A stretch of DNA of 64,000 bases from Ptychomitrium polyphyllum (Eukaryota), in the NCBI GenBank assembly GCA_973851085.1, contig OZ316775.1:9486001-9550000 (forward strand), given 5' to 3'. The notes below the pieces were generated by a model. That model did no database searches. It worked only from the letters and a program-made list of their open reading frames with translations, and was not told where the DNA came from. Shown here piece after piece: positions 11,737 through 26,007 of the stretch (positions within the stretch are counted from its first letter, which is position 1; each line of letters starts with the position of its first letter). Position numbers and translations under genes: made by a program.

Positions 11737-14700
11737 TTTGAATGCTTCTTCTTTCTTCCCTCTCTCCGTACCTCAAAACTAACGTAAACACCTCGAACTT
11801 GGTTTACTCCTTGAAAACACGCGCTCGTACGCCAACGCTCGTGAAAGTTCAAGAACCTTCACAACTGCAGCAGCTAAGCTCACTTCGCCTTGAGAACACC
11901 GTGACCCTCACAAAGTGGTGCTTCTCGTTAAAACGGAAGAACAAAATCGAGGCAAGCAAGCGCAAGCTAGAGACCGAGATGAAACCACAGGGCGCCGGGA
12001 ACAGAGAAAATGCGAGCGAAGTAGCAGAGGCGGAGGAGGAGAAGAGTGAGAACGATTGTGAGGTGAAAGGTCTGGATTGCGAGCAGGCGCTGCTCATTTA
12101 AGGAGAAGCACGGAGAGAGCGAAGCCTCCCAGGCTGGCCCAAAGGTGGCCAGGATTCTTTTGCATCAAAGAATCGCGCTCAAGCTTGACCCCGTTGACAG
12201 AGCGAAGGTCGTTGCGATCGCTATTCACTGATTGAGCGACCAAGGGTTCGGTCCAATTGCGGAGTCAAGCTGTGCTCCCTGCTCGAAAGAGGCTGCAGGA
12301 CTGCCTGAAAGGAACCTGAATCCTGCAGAGACGGCTTCTAAGGTTCCGGATATTAGACTCCCTGCCCGGACCCCACTGTTTCAAGTAGCTCCTGCCTTGG
12401 CCCCGCCTCTAGTTTAGCCTCTCTCCCATGATTCTCTGTGAAAATACACACGCGATTTTGGGTTACAGCGCCACTAACTCTGTGGCGTAACCACTTGCAT
12501 CATTGGAGCCTCCGACAGGGCTGCCGTATTTCCACCGTATTTACGGCGGGAAACTTGACGAATACTACAAGAAACTATCATGATCATGGATCATTGATGG
12601 TACAAGTTTATTTACCGAGTGATCAATACTTACGGTGTAGCAATGTATCACGTGTTCACAACACATTTACTCAGTGGTTACATGACTATATTGTGCTCTA
12701 GCCACAGCTCTGGGTTTAGTTACAGTCCAGTGGTATGCACCTGTATTGGGATTTGAAGGGTATTTTATTACAAGAAACTACCACAGGGGCAGGCGTTTTC
12801 ATGCTCATGCTGCAGCGCCTGGCCCAGTTCAGTTACAGACCAAAATCTCCCTTGTAGTCACTGGAATGTACTTATATTGGAAATTGGTTGGAATTTTTTC
12901 TGGTCTCCAAAAATACTTCAAAATTTTATGTGTACAGTTGCTCTAGCTGCATCTGGGTTTCACTGTGATTGGAATGAGGGCAAATGAACAGAAATCTGAA
13001 GACTAAGTTCACCAAGTCTGAACATCTTTAAGAATAAATGTGCATGTGAAGAAAATAGGAGTTTGACTGATTCGTCGAGATTCACTCTCCTCTAGGGAGG
13101 TGTGTTCAAGGTGCTATGGAATCTCTCTTTTGGCACATTATGTTGGTGGAATCAGCTATAATATCTCCATGATGCTTCCATTAGTTGGGAGTTGGAACTT
13201 GGAAACATGTACTCGTAAGTTGTGTTCACATGGTCTAAAACATGTTGCATGCTCTCTTGTTAAAAGCAAGTTGGGCCCTTTGCTGAGCTGAACTTGGAGT
13301 AAGATTGCATAGGCGGCCAGATTGAGAAATGCCAAAAGGTGAACTATTTTAGGAAAAATAATGAACATGCAGTAACTTGTTTTGTTATTCTTTGTTCTTT
13401 GCCAAAACATGTGAGACATTTAGGACTGTGTTGTGTTGTATAACTACATGTCATGTTTAGCTCTTGCAGTATAGGGGCTGCAGTAGTAAAAAGCTGCAGT
13501 GTATTCATCAGTCAAATGTATTTCAGAAGTGTATAATATGTTTCTCAGGTAATTAGATTGTAAATATGTGGATACAGTATTATATTCAAACAACTCATTG
13601 ACACCGTATTCTTTTTTAATGAAAATATTGTGACAATGCCCACTGATTCCTATTCCATGCACAAAAGATTGCAAAATCGTGGCAGTAAGGTAGTGCTGCA
13701 GTCCCATCATTCCAACTTTCAAAAATGTTCATTCCACATGATGCCTTCAATTTGGGGAAATGCTTTTTCGGAGGGCTCTTGGTGTAGAGCATGACTGACC
13801 CTTTCCAATTTGCTACAAAAGTCTTCATGAGAGAAGTCTCTAAGAATCAAACAAGTCCTTCCAGTCAATATTTCATTCAGCTAAAGTCCCAAGCAAAGAT
13901 AAGGGTCACAAAAAGAAAGGTAAAAACGATGGAAAGAGTATTTTGTCATGAAAAACACCTGCAGTGTCCAAGATTCAGATAATGATCATAGGCAAGGTTA
14001 AAAGAAGGTTAAAGGTCTTCAAGCATAGAAAACGTCTTCATTGCAAAAGGTACAGGAGAGTAAAAGGGTCACTTGCCTTTTCGGCCTGGAGAAGGGTCAG
14101 AAAGCTGGAAAGATCATAAACTTACAAAATGAAAAAATCACGTGAGAGTAATTTTGCCGCTAGATGTAAGTTCGTTGGTATTAAAATTCGGCTGCCGACG
14201 TAAATGAATCGAACAGCATCCAGCCGTTAGAGCATTTGATCCAACGATGTCTGTAAGATGCACTTCGTTTGGATTTCAGAACAGCTGAAAAGGGCCTGTT
14301 ACAGACAAAGTGAATCAGGATGTGTGTCTAAATATAACATACCATATGCCACTGGATCCAAGTAACCAAGTGCACCAAAATGCAAATAGCAACTGAATAT
14401 TCTTTTGGACTGGCTTTTAATATTGCTAGTCATGGTTAAATTTGAACTCTGATCAGAATATTATCAAAATTTAAGCGTGGCGAATCCCAACTCTTAAAGT
14501 GAATCCTGCTAAAATCATCAATTCTCAAAAAGAACGCTGCATTGAAAATCGAGAATCAGTGCTGAGAGGTGGATCAGCTCTGTTACACACGAATTTACAT
14601 CAAGTAGGACTGGGTGAATTGACTGCGGTCGAACATTATGGATCATAAGCACTTGGTTGAGTTTCTGAGGAATATCATTCCGCAAGAAGGTATTGATAAA

Positions 14701-14898
14701 TAGCGAACTTAACAAATGATGATATTCCGAACACAATTAGGCAGTTTAGTGAATCTTAAATCACCCTATGGGAACCTTAATCGACCTGTCGTTTGTCGTT
14801 TGGTTTTGGTTTTGGTGTTGTTTTCAAACTATGGTAAAAAGCCCTTCATCGTGCACAGGAAATGGAGGCTGCGAAGAGGCGTCCTGGTTATTATCCTC

Positions 14899-14974
14899 GT
14901 TTATGTTTAGTGAGAACGTTTACGATTGGTAAGAACGGTTACGTTTAGTAAGAACGTTTACGTTTAGTAAGAAT
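14899..14974. repeat. Minisatellite, 4 x 19 bp
   Basis: Consensus gtttacgtttagtaagaac, four adjacent copies with 1-2 substitutions each. Confidence 0.9.
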
Positions 14975-16539
14975 ATATACCTCGAATTGACAATGTGGAT
15001 AAGATCGTTTGGCTAATTGCGGACCATCGTGTCATACTTGGACTCTCCCGCTTTATAACATAGGTAACAGTCGGCCAGGATTTTATTTGTTTGAAGTCCA
15101 CTTGACTCAATGTTCTGACTTGAAAAAAAATCTAGAAGCACATCACGGGCAAAAATTTAGATGCTTGTAACTACGCACATGTATACTAATGCATTTGGTT
15201 CAAAAATTACAGTATTCTGAAATCTTAATCTATTTGTGCAAATCGTACATTTTACTGTGTATCCTATGGACAACAAATCAATTCCCATGTCTCTGCAAAA
15301 CAATTTGCTTGCAAACCAACCAGAAGGACATCTTGAAAAATGGGGTCCATGATCGTCATCATTGAGGGATTGAAGGATATCCAAAGGATATGCTGACTAC
15401 AAGAGGCAACTTCTTGGGTCATTTAGAGGAATTTCACCTACTCATTGCCTAACTTATGGCCTGTGCCATGCAGGCTCAAAGGGAGCCTGACAAGTGTAGA
15501 TGTTATATGATTCTGCAAGGATTTGTATGCCCCAATGTAAACAACATATAGAAACACAACCATTAGGAACATGAGATATTTTGCAAAGTTAAACTAATCT
15601 TTGGGAGATTTGTAGTCGTGAGCACGACCAAAGAAAGTATAACATGGAAGTTGTATAGGACAATATATTAGAGTTATCTATTGAGTTATTCGAAAAGAAG
15701 AAAGTTCTATAAAAAATAGTCTAAAATCTATTTTCATCAAGAAAACAAGCACAAAGGCGTTTTATAGTGTGTTTTGATGAACCAACATGGAACCTCTATT
15801 GGATCATGGTTGGGAGAGCCTTGAGCTTTAGACCCTCTTAAAGTTAATAATGTTCTTTCAAGTCAGTTTTTTTTTTCCTAAGTGTCCACAACTCCATTGA
15901 AATTGGAAGAGCTTTAATGTTTGTATCATGTATTGTTAAAGACTATTATTTATGGAAAGAACATACTTTAGAATCACAAGATGGAGGGATTCTAATTGGC
16001 AAATAACTCTATTGTCTACTCCTACAAAACTTTAATTATAATCTAATCTTTTTTTGAAAGTTATATTTAGTTCTTTTATAATTTCTTTACAATTTTATAA
16101 ATATGTTTCAAATATTCCAAAAAATTTGATTTAAAAGCCATAGAATATCCATTGTGTTGTAATGCCATATTATTCACCATCTTATATTTTTATTGGCATT
16201 ATAAGAAAATTAATGTTATATGATTTTAAAAATACAGAAATAAAAAATGAAACATCAATATTTGAGGTACTTAAATATATCAATGGATTTGAAATCATGA
16301 GGTTTCATTAGCATTTGATGGGAATTTCAACAAAGCAATGTAGGTTATTGTTTTGAAACCTTGTTTGTTTTAGATATAATACATAAAATATCAACAATCA
16401 TCTACAATATTAATTGACAATTATATTTTGCATTTACATCAAAACTATTTGCTCCAAACTTGCAATAACATAATAGTTGACTTATAAAAGGTGTTACCTT
16501 GAACATTAATTTGAACAACTCCAATATTACAATATTGGA

Positions 16540-16542
<3 letters not shown>

Positions 16543-16572
<30 letters not shown>
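16543..16572. repeat. (AT)15 microsatellite
   Basis: Direct reading. Confidence 0.95.
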
Positions 16573-16584
<12 letters not shown>

Positions 16585-17218
16585 GGAGAGTGAGTGAGAG
16601 AGTTTAGAAGATGCATTTTAACATTTATTATATTCAAGTTGGACATTTTAGAATTTCATGATATGGGTTGTGTTTCCAATGACATAAGGGTTCTAATAGA
16701 ACAGATGTGCATTGATAGATTTGATTCAACTTATAGTATTTGACTAAACTGGACAATGATAAAGATTCAAGAATTGAAGGTTGATGATATTGAAGGGCTT
16801 GGGAATCTCACAGAATATTCAGAACTTCTTATGATTGGGTCTGTGTTGATACTAATGATTCCTACAACATGTTTGGTTGGATTCCCTGAGCCACGAAGGT
16901 TCAGTGGATTACACAGCATTGATTCCAGACCACACCAGTTCCTAGCAATGCCGGTGGTGCTTGAAGTCCAGCAACTCAAAACTCAAGAGTTCTGTTCCTC
17001 AGGGCTCCTCCCCTGAGGCCCCAATATCATCCTTGTGCTGAGAAAGAGACAATCTACTCTCACCAATGTATGAGACACAAACAAATAAAATGAAAGAAAC
17101 AGGCAGCACAGATTATGTACTTCCTTCATGCTATGTTCCAGCTTCACTATCCTAAGACAACTGGGATAGCAGAACTTAAATCCAACAGGTACCTGCAACT
17201 GTTCTCACAGTTACCTGT

Positions 17219-17252
17219 TTTTGTTGCAAATTTTGTTGCAAATTTTGTTGCA
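17219..17252. repeat. Tandem repeat, about 3 x 12 bp
   Basis: ttttgttgcaaa units. Confidence 0.85.
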
Positions 17253-20200
17253 GACCTGTAACTGGTGAGTTGAAATCATTTTCTTGTGCAATGGAAATGA
17301 CCATGATTATTTGGCTGTATCAAAAGCGTAATTTCAGTTTCAGTGTTTGTGCTTTAGTGTGCACATCACTTGGTTTATGTACCCTACTTTTGATTGTGGG
17401 CTGTTATGACGTCACAACTTCAAAATCATTGAAACATTAACAAGTGTCCAGATTTCAAAATGTTTCAAAATGAATCCATTTCCTTTCAATGAATGGAGGT
17501 TCAAAAAACATTTTTTTATCAACTGGCAATATGCATAATTGCTCAAAGAAGTGGATGGGAACTTACAGGTGATGCTCTCTTATGCTAACACTAGAGTGTA
17601 AGCTCACAAAACCAACAAAGAATGGTTGATCAAAACACTCACTCACATTCAGCAATTATATGGTTATAGATTAAAACTCCATGCCTGCAACCAATAAAAA
17701 TGTGACAAACTGCATCAAAGAGATACTCAGCATGCTGTTATGCTAAGTCTGATATCAACTAACATACCAAGAACCTTTGAACATCCAATTCCCAGAATCT
17801 TGATGAATCTGCAATCAAACAAATTGTTGATTACCATTTGGTGCCAATTGTTCTAGAGTTAATTGGATAAGGTTGAGTTGCTTGCGTGCTAATTTTCAAG
17901 GTGGAACTTGCAAACAGATTTAATGACGGTGCATTAGTGTATGGACCACTGAATCTCCCCCAGTCACAAGTCATGTATCTAGCATTAGTTTCTGTGCCCC
18001 ATGTCTGTCTGGTCCATCCCACTAAGTTGGAGGTCAGTGTGATATACAATTCCATACACTCCATTGTTGGCATGCAAGAGGCATGTCTTAGAATCTTTCA
18101 ATGTACAATGTTGTGAAGTTGCAATATTGTCTTGTACTTCTAGGATATGGTGGTTCTATATTTGCCATATTGAGCTCAACATCAAAGTTGTAATGAAGCA
18201 ATGATAACACTTTCCAGCAGTTGAAGCAACTCACAACTCAACTGCAGAGTTAATGAAAGTGTGAAATTGGTAACAAATGATTGAGAATGTATGTAACAGT
18301 GAATGCATGTAGCCATGAGTCTAAATTGGTAATTCCATAGAATGCCAGTTCAAGTGTTCATGTTTTTTATATGGCATCCAAATAAACTAAACTGTGTTGG
18401 AAACTGGGTATGATTTTATTTTATTTTTGAAGTTATCACTAGTGATTATGTCTGATTCATGCAGATATATGATTATAGATGTTGTTGCCTTATAGGTGAT
18501 GTGCATTAATTTCTATAGAAATATTATGTTTCTAATATGCCTTGTGACAACAAAACATTAACGAAGTTATAGTAGGTGACTAAAGCATTGACATTGATCA
18601 AACTTTTAAAAGCCGAATAAAAAAGCTTTAATAAAATGTTTAGTTAATGGCATTAATTATGCATCCGAAAATTTAATATTTTATTGTTGTAGATGAAAGC
18701 AACATGTTCCTTTTTTTTCCAAATTCTATAATATACTTTTATATACCATTTGGATTATTTATTTAAAAATAAAAAACAAATTAATAAACTAAGACACACC
18801 AAGTAATGGTGAACTTAAACACTCATAAATTGTACCAAGCTGCAAAAGCTTTGGTCCATCTTTATTTTGAAGAATTTAATTTTGCAATTAAAAAAAACTT
18901 GAAAAATGATTCAATGTTTATGTACAACGACAACTTTAGATTCATCCATACAACTGAATTCATTGTTTTTTGTTCACAATACTTAAAATGTTAGTATCAA
19001 TACTCTAATTAATTTAATTATTTTTTAGTATATATTTATTTATTTTTTGGTTCTTTTATTATAATATTTAAATATAATATTATAGTATTAAAATGTGTCC
19101 TAAGCATAGAATTTAATTTCAAATCATGAAATTCGAGAAGAAATCCAAAACTTTAAAGTTGGTGTTTTTGCAATATTGTAATTTATGATTTTTTTTTTTT
19201 GAAAACGCTTAAATTTCTCAACTAGTTATTTCTTTTGAACCAATTTAGCATGGATAGAAAGTTCCAGATAAGAAAAAAACCACTACTTGGTTTCATCTTA
19301 TTTTAATATATGTAAAATAGATGTTGGAATTCAATGGAGTTTTAGCTTTATAAAATTAAAATAGAAAAAAAACTTAAATCAATATTAAACTAATTCAATG
19401 CATCCTGTGTAAGGTGACTGTAATAGATGTTTTCAATGTTGGTAATGTATTCAATGATGTAGTTTATAATACTAGAAATAAACAAAAAGATCTAAAATTC
19501 AAGAATTTTAAGACCAATTTTTGTTTTGAATTTTTTCTATGATAAATGAGAAAAACCTACTTTCTTATGTAATAGACCTGAAAACAATCTATGGAAAAAT
19601 CTAGAACGTAATTATCTTATTAAATGAAGAGCTTATAAGAATCATAAGTGCTATTTTTTATTTTGTTGTAGCATTTCTAAAATCCAGCTATTATTTTGTT
19701 AAATAAATAATTTTCAAAAAATAATCCTTTATTTGAATGCTTTCTTCCATGCATTTATTCACAAATATATACATGTTTAATAATCATAATTCAAAATTTT
19801 GGAGTTTCTACTCAGCAACATATTTTATATTGGATTATCATCATATGTATATTGAATCATATGTGATCATATGTAAAATTTAAAAAGTAGCTCTAATTTG
19901 ATGATTAAAATAAATTGTGATGAATTAAGTTTATAGTAGATTGCAACTTCGTGTTACCATACCATTTTTAATTAAATTATTTTTGCAATTGTGGTTTAAA
20001 TGTTGATAAATTTGGATTGAACTTCATATACAAATCACCAAAAGAGTCATTTTTAAGTTATAAGATATGATAAAATTTTATTTTTTACAATATAAATACA
20101 TGTAAATTAGACATATGAAGACATATTATATGATCTTTTAATGTTTATTGAATTTAGAATTTATTATTACAAAAACATGTGATTCTTTAAATTAAAAATT

Positions 20201-23200
20201 ATGGCCAATTAACAATACTAATAGATATACCTTTTAGAAATTAAGAACTATAAAGATATTTTTATAATTTTATCACAATATTGTTACACTTTTATTTATA
20301 AGGTCCAAGTCATATATAGCATGTAAAGTCTTTATCAATATATCTAAGTTAACAAAATGCAAGGAGTTTAATTTATTTAATGATAAAAAATATTAATCAA
20401 TGCATGTGATCAAATACCAATGTGCTAATTGATTGATGTTTAATTTTGGTTGTTATTGTATTGTTTTATTTTTTTCAATTTAATTGTGTTTATTTGAATG
20501 ATTGCAAATGCTAATTAGATTTAATTAGATATTTTTGTTTAAGTGTTTTAACAATACAAACAAATATTAAATTATGTTATAATATTTGAATAGTATTATC
20601 AAACCTTTGCATTATAAAACTTTATTGAAGGATTTGCATTAGCAGTATTATTTCTTTTATTTCCCTTAAAATGTAAATAGCATTAAGCCTAACCAAATCA
20701 AAAGTCCAATATACAAACAATATAACTATAATAGATAATTTTGTACTATTAAATTGCACAAACATATATTTGTCATCATAATTAATAAATCAATAAAGTG
20801 CAATGTTTTAAAGTTGTTGACTGTATTTCTAAAATTTGCATACAATTACAAATAGGATTTCTATCTAATTAAGAATAATGTTGTTAAAAAACATGTGAAA
20901 ATTAGTAACTAGTAGATATGATATCAGAGTATATATAAGTATATGACCATGAAATTTATTAAGATGTGTGTTGTGTTAAGTATGCAATTAACATGCATTA
21001 AAATAAAAAGATTTTAAACATATCAAAAAAACAATCAACTTTAATGTTAGTAATAAATATTAAGCTTATAATATGTTATATCAGCGATATGTATACAACA
21101 TTTTGTTTTTTTAATCTGAAAAATGAATAATGACTTATTATTATTGATAAAATATGATGTATATTGATTTTTTTATAAGTCTATAAATGACAATATTCAA
21201 AATCATCATTTAAGAATTTTACATTTGTTGATAATTGTTTTGAATACAAATCATAAAAAGAAGATATGTACTCCAAGGAAAGAAAACTCAATGAATGTAG
21301 GAATTATTTGAAACTAATTAGTTATGATTATTATTTTAAAAAATAAAAATTGTTAAAAAAATATTTAAAAAATATATATTTTGCCTTTTTTCAATATTAA
21401 TAATGGAAGCATGCATAAATTATTAACAAAGGAATTATATCTCATAAAATTAGATTCTTTTAGTGAATATATTAGAAATCTATATCTTTAAGCTAATTTA
21501 GTTCCAACTTACATGATTTCCAAAATAATAATCAAAAAGCTATGTTTAAATTTACATCTATTAAACTCAGCAAACACAATTGAGCAACATTCATTAATTA
21601 ATTTTCGCTTCTAAAAATGGATACAACATAATCACAACTTAATTTTTATTATCTTCCATTTTAAAATCACTTTTATTGAAAAATTTATATTGTACTATCC
21701 TTTATATATAATTACAACTTAACCATATTATTTATTTTAAATATGACATTCATTAGTATAAAATGGGCAGTTTCTTTCAAACAATGTTTTCTTTTAAACA
21801 TAAAAGAATAAAACACCACAACTACATTGCAAAGTTATTAAAGTTTATTTTTGAAACAAATACATACATGAGCAAAACAGAAAAAATAAAAAATAAAAAA
21901 TAAAAAATATGCATATATATATGAATTATAGCTTTATATTATGAATTTAAACTATTTGGTTCAATTAAAATTTTAAAAAATAAATTTATATTTATTTAAA
22001 ATTACTTTGGATTTGATTATACAACAACCATGTACTAAAATTTTGGTTTGTGAAGATATTTTTAAAAAATTTCAAAGCTTTTATTTTAATGACATATACA
22101 AAGGAAAAAGTAGTATATTAAAAATTAGAAAAAAGCTTTCAAAGGAAATGAAAAATTATTGTTTTGAAATGATTTTTTTGTATAGAACAAGAATGGAATA
22201 CAAAAAACCATATATCTGCCAAATATTATTAGTATTTGGCATAATTAAATCATTTTGACCTTTTCAAATTATAACATTACTAATTCATAAAAGTGATTAT
22301 TTTAAAATGTAATCACATGGTTGATTTTATACATATAATTCTAAAAAATATTCTACTTCTATAAATTTAGATGGAAATGTATTTTGAAAAAATATCATAA
22401 AATGCTTTATTAGTTAATTTCAATTTGAAGTTTTAAACACAAAGATGTTTTTGAATTTAAAATCTTACAAATTAAAAGTACTTTTAAGAAATAAATTCCA
22501 TTTTGAAATAAATTTCAGTGCAAAATTCATAGTTTAATATGTATTTAATGTTTGTTTTGTGTATTTTCAAAGATTTGGCATGCATATTTATATGTATTAC
22601 AATCCATATATTATTAAAACATTTAAATTCATAAATAATGATATCATAATCCTAATCATTTCTTACATTAACCATGTATTTTTCACTTATCTTGAGTACT
22701 ATAGTATCAATTTTTAATGAACCAAGAGTGTCCAAAAAATGCATATGGAGATAAAACTTAGATAGTGGTACCAGCCAAACATTCCCTTCATACATCTGCT
22801 ACCATGTGTCCTAATTATCATTTAATGTTGGTTTCTTATTTCTTAAGGTATTTTATTTTAACAACTAAAAAAGTCATGATTCAAACCGTTTCGTGCGAAA
22901 AATTTAAAAAAATTATTTAAAAAAAATTATTTAAAAAAAATTAAATCTTATTCCTTCAAATGAAATAAAATCATGAAGTGGATTCTTATATAGAAGCAAT
23001 GCTCCTGTGTGAACATGGCATACCAATTCTGAAATTAAGAATTCTGAGATCGAATATAGAACCTTCTCTGTGAGCACACATGGAGGGACGAAAAAATTGC
23101 ATACTCAAGTATATACCTTTTCAAGTATATGCCTTCTTTAATAGACGACTTAAAAGGAGTGGTTGGAATCCGCGCCGTACAAATGTTGCCAAAAAAATCA

Positions 23201-23585
23201 AGCGAAATCTGGATGGATGAACACAAATTGGCTGTTCATCGACCATCTAAAATCCACAATAGGATTTCGTTCAGTGCTGCACTCACACCTACCTCAACAT
23301 TTGACCTTCCGAACTGACACCCAGCCTCCAGAAACGCACTTGCTCAATGAGAAATGAAGTCTTAAAACCGTCACTGTATACAACACCAACATTTCCAATT
23401 CATTTTGAAGATTATAGACAGTCAAGTGTACGTTCACTGCAGGTACTTGTAGTGTCAGCTTTGCGTGAAATAACGGTTTTGGGTACATCACCCTCAGCTT
23501 GCTGAAATTACAGTGACCTACCATATCGATCCGTCGCTTCCGGGGCAACACATCAGCACGAAATGTAGGAAATGTCATTCAACAA

Positions 23586-23598
23586 GCCACGTCACGTG
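23586..23598. promoter_or_regulatory. Adjacent ABRE and G-box upstream of the remorin-like gene
   Basis: GCCACGT (reverse complement ACGTGGC, canonical ABRE) directly followed by CACGTG, about 420 bp upstream of the ATG. Confidence 0.45.
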
Positions 23599-24014
23599 AT
23601 ACCGCCAGGTGCCCCACTGTCATTGCACCACTTGTCAAATTCCTTCGCAGACGGCCCCTCGTGCAGGAAACTCGAGCTGGCACGGTGAACCAGTACCGTC
23701 AGATCAGACATCGGAGAGCATATGCGCCGTCCATGACCTGTACAAGTATCTCATAAAGAGGCAGAAGTACGCCGTAGGAAGTCTGTATTCTAGTGGAATT
23801 GCTTTTCAAGCACACGATCAAGCGCAACAGCCTTGATTTCGGTGGCGCAGGTTTCAAGAGTTTGCAGAAGAGTTGGTGCAAGGTTGTTTTATTTCTGGCT
23901 GCGGAAGAAAAGGAAGCAGTGCTCCGTTTTGCTGTGGAGATCGAACCACCGATCGAACTAGTGGTGGTTTTGGAGTGGAACTGAGTTGCAGCAGTGCAGA
24001 AGGAGCAAGAGATC

Positions 24015-26007
24015 ATGGCAACTATGGAGCGTCCTGGTGTGGTTAACGCCCAGCGTACCTCGGTGGTGAACCCCGTGGCGACTAGCGTTGATCCAAACAT
24101 GGCCTCGTCGGCGAGAAGCGTGGACTCAAACACCACCTCGATGGCGAGGAGCGTCGATTCTAACAGTAAGAAGCTGGCTATGAAGTTTTTTTTCTAGGCT
24201 GCATTTTGTCTCAGAAACATGTTGATGAAGAGATTGAATTTTGGGAGTTGAATGTTTGGCGACCGTTTTATGTGATGGTTGGCATATCAGTTCGTTGAAT
24301 GCGTCAGTTTTATAGATTCCTAGTGAGTTTCGGACTAGGTAACTGTCGACAGCTGGGAAGGCTGAAGAAGGTTACTGGACATGATGCTAATTCTAAATAT
24401 TTGTTGAAGCTTAACTTTGGGCAGTATACTAGCATACATGTAGTTGATTGGAGGGCTCGCGAAGTGCAGAACTGCCCTTGTATAATTTGCAATTTGGGTT
24501 CCAACCAAATCACTAATTTTTTTCTTAAGAACTGAAGTTGGCATAATTTTGGTACTATTTTTACAAGAATTGTGTTTTACGGACAGCGGTTTTTGTCTCC
24601 CTTGCCTTTGTGGTGTAAATGTAGCGAATGTTTGATCGTCGTCATTTTGCATCTCGTTGACCAAGAATGGAGTTGGCAGTGGTATTCGTAAGAGAGCATG
24701 TAATTCGACGATCTTTTTGACCTTTTGTCTGAGAAGGTTTATAAAGATATTTTATATAAAGTTCTAAGTGGAGTATGATGAGACAGGGTTTTTTTTTGAA
24801 GAAATTTTAGCACAATAGATAATGAGGTCTGACATGGAACGCTGGCCAGGTCCAATGTCGCCTAGTGTACGGAATTTGAAGGCCGAGGCTTTTGGAGATG
24901 CTCACAGGCAGAGAGTAGAGTCGGAGGTTAATGCCTACATGCTATCGGAAACTCGCAAGGCTGAGGCTCGAGCTGCTACAGCTGAGGTTTTACGCCGGCC
25001 TTTCATCTTGCTTCTTTTATGCTTTGTATTAATGCACCGTGTCCGCGTCGACTATACCATGGCATTTGCATTATCCTACTTGAACTAGGGCTGCATTCTT
25101 ACTAGTTCGGGCTTATATGTGTTCTTGATTATGTATGACGATGCTATCTAAGGTACGGAATTTTAATGTATTGCTAAACTGTTTTCTGGATACGGTTTGC
25201 AGTCGAGGATCGAGCAAAAGAGGATGAAGGATGAAGCACGAGCCATTGAGCACAAGAAGCGAGAAGAGGCAAAGGCAGAGCAAGTAGTCCGTGCTGCCGA
25301 GGTATCCTTCATTTCTATTAATTTATTTTGAGCGACCTTTTTCGTGAAAAAAAGTGGTGGTTTCACTGAGGTGTGCAATGTCTAGTGCATTTAAAAAAAA
25401 ATTGTTTTGGAATTGTGCAGGTAAAAGCTGATAAAATTATCGCGAATGCCAAGGAGGAAGCGGTTAAAATGAAAGCTCATGCTGCAGAGGAATGTGAGAA
25501 GGGGATTGCTGATGCGCATACTCAAGCCGAGCGGGTAAATGCTACCACTTTAAGGATTTTCTCTTTTTTTCTCACCTTCTAAACTTCCCCATGCTAGCTG
25601 CTCTAGTCATGAAGATTGTCGTTTCGTCTTAATCTAATTTATAATGCCGCAAGTTCTCTAGACAGCATTGAAGCCTGTTCTCTTTGATTTAATGTTGGGC
25701 GACGTTGATGAGCCAATAGCATTATCTTGTCTGTGGTACGACTAGGTGGTGCATGTCTGCAATTATATTGGATTGAAATTCTCCGAAACGCAAATTGCCA
25801 TTTAGTTCGATTCTGATTGAACATACATGATGTTAACATCAGGCAAAGGCAGAGCATGAGGAGCTGAAGATACGCGAAATCGCTGAGTTGAAGGACAAAG
25901 CTGAGCAGATGAAAATTACTGGTGAACTTCCCTTCTACGAGAAGGAGAAGAAGGGAATGGGCACGAAAGTGAAGCACGTCTTAACTTGTCACCACGGAGG
26001 GGTATAG
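24015..26007 (+). CDS. Remorin-like coiled-coil protein, 221 aa; exons 24015-24165, 24850-24986, 25203-25301, 25421-25534, 25843-26007
   Basis: Five GT-AG exons sum to 666 nt in frame. Disordered S/T-rich N-terminus, then a charged helical region ending KDKAEQMKITGELP...VLTCHHGGV*, which resembles the Remorin_C end (A..R.TG..P...C). Gene structure is solid; the family call is less so. Confidence 0.7.

Noticed and set aside
11849..12097. 82-aa ORF as an SDC uORF
   Set aside because: Its ATG overlaps the TATA-like ttaaat, so it is probably upstream of the TSS; low-complexity CT-rich sequence.
14899..14974. Short regular repeats as a CRISPR array
   Set aside because: No spacers, no cas genes, eukaryotic context.
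18400..22950. Very AT-rich spacer (similar tracts at about 500-2200, 30000-31400, 33900-38200, 48500-51500 and 59550-62000)
   Set aside because: Probably fully eroded repeats; no termini, TSDs or coding motifs that I can support.
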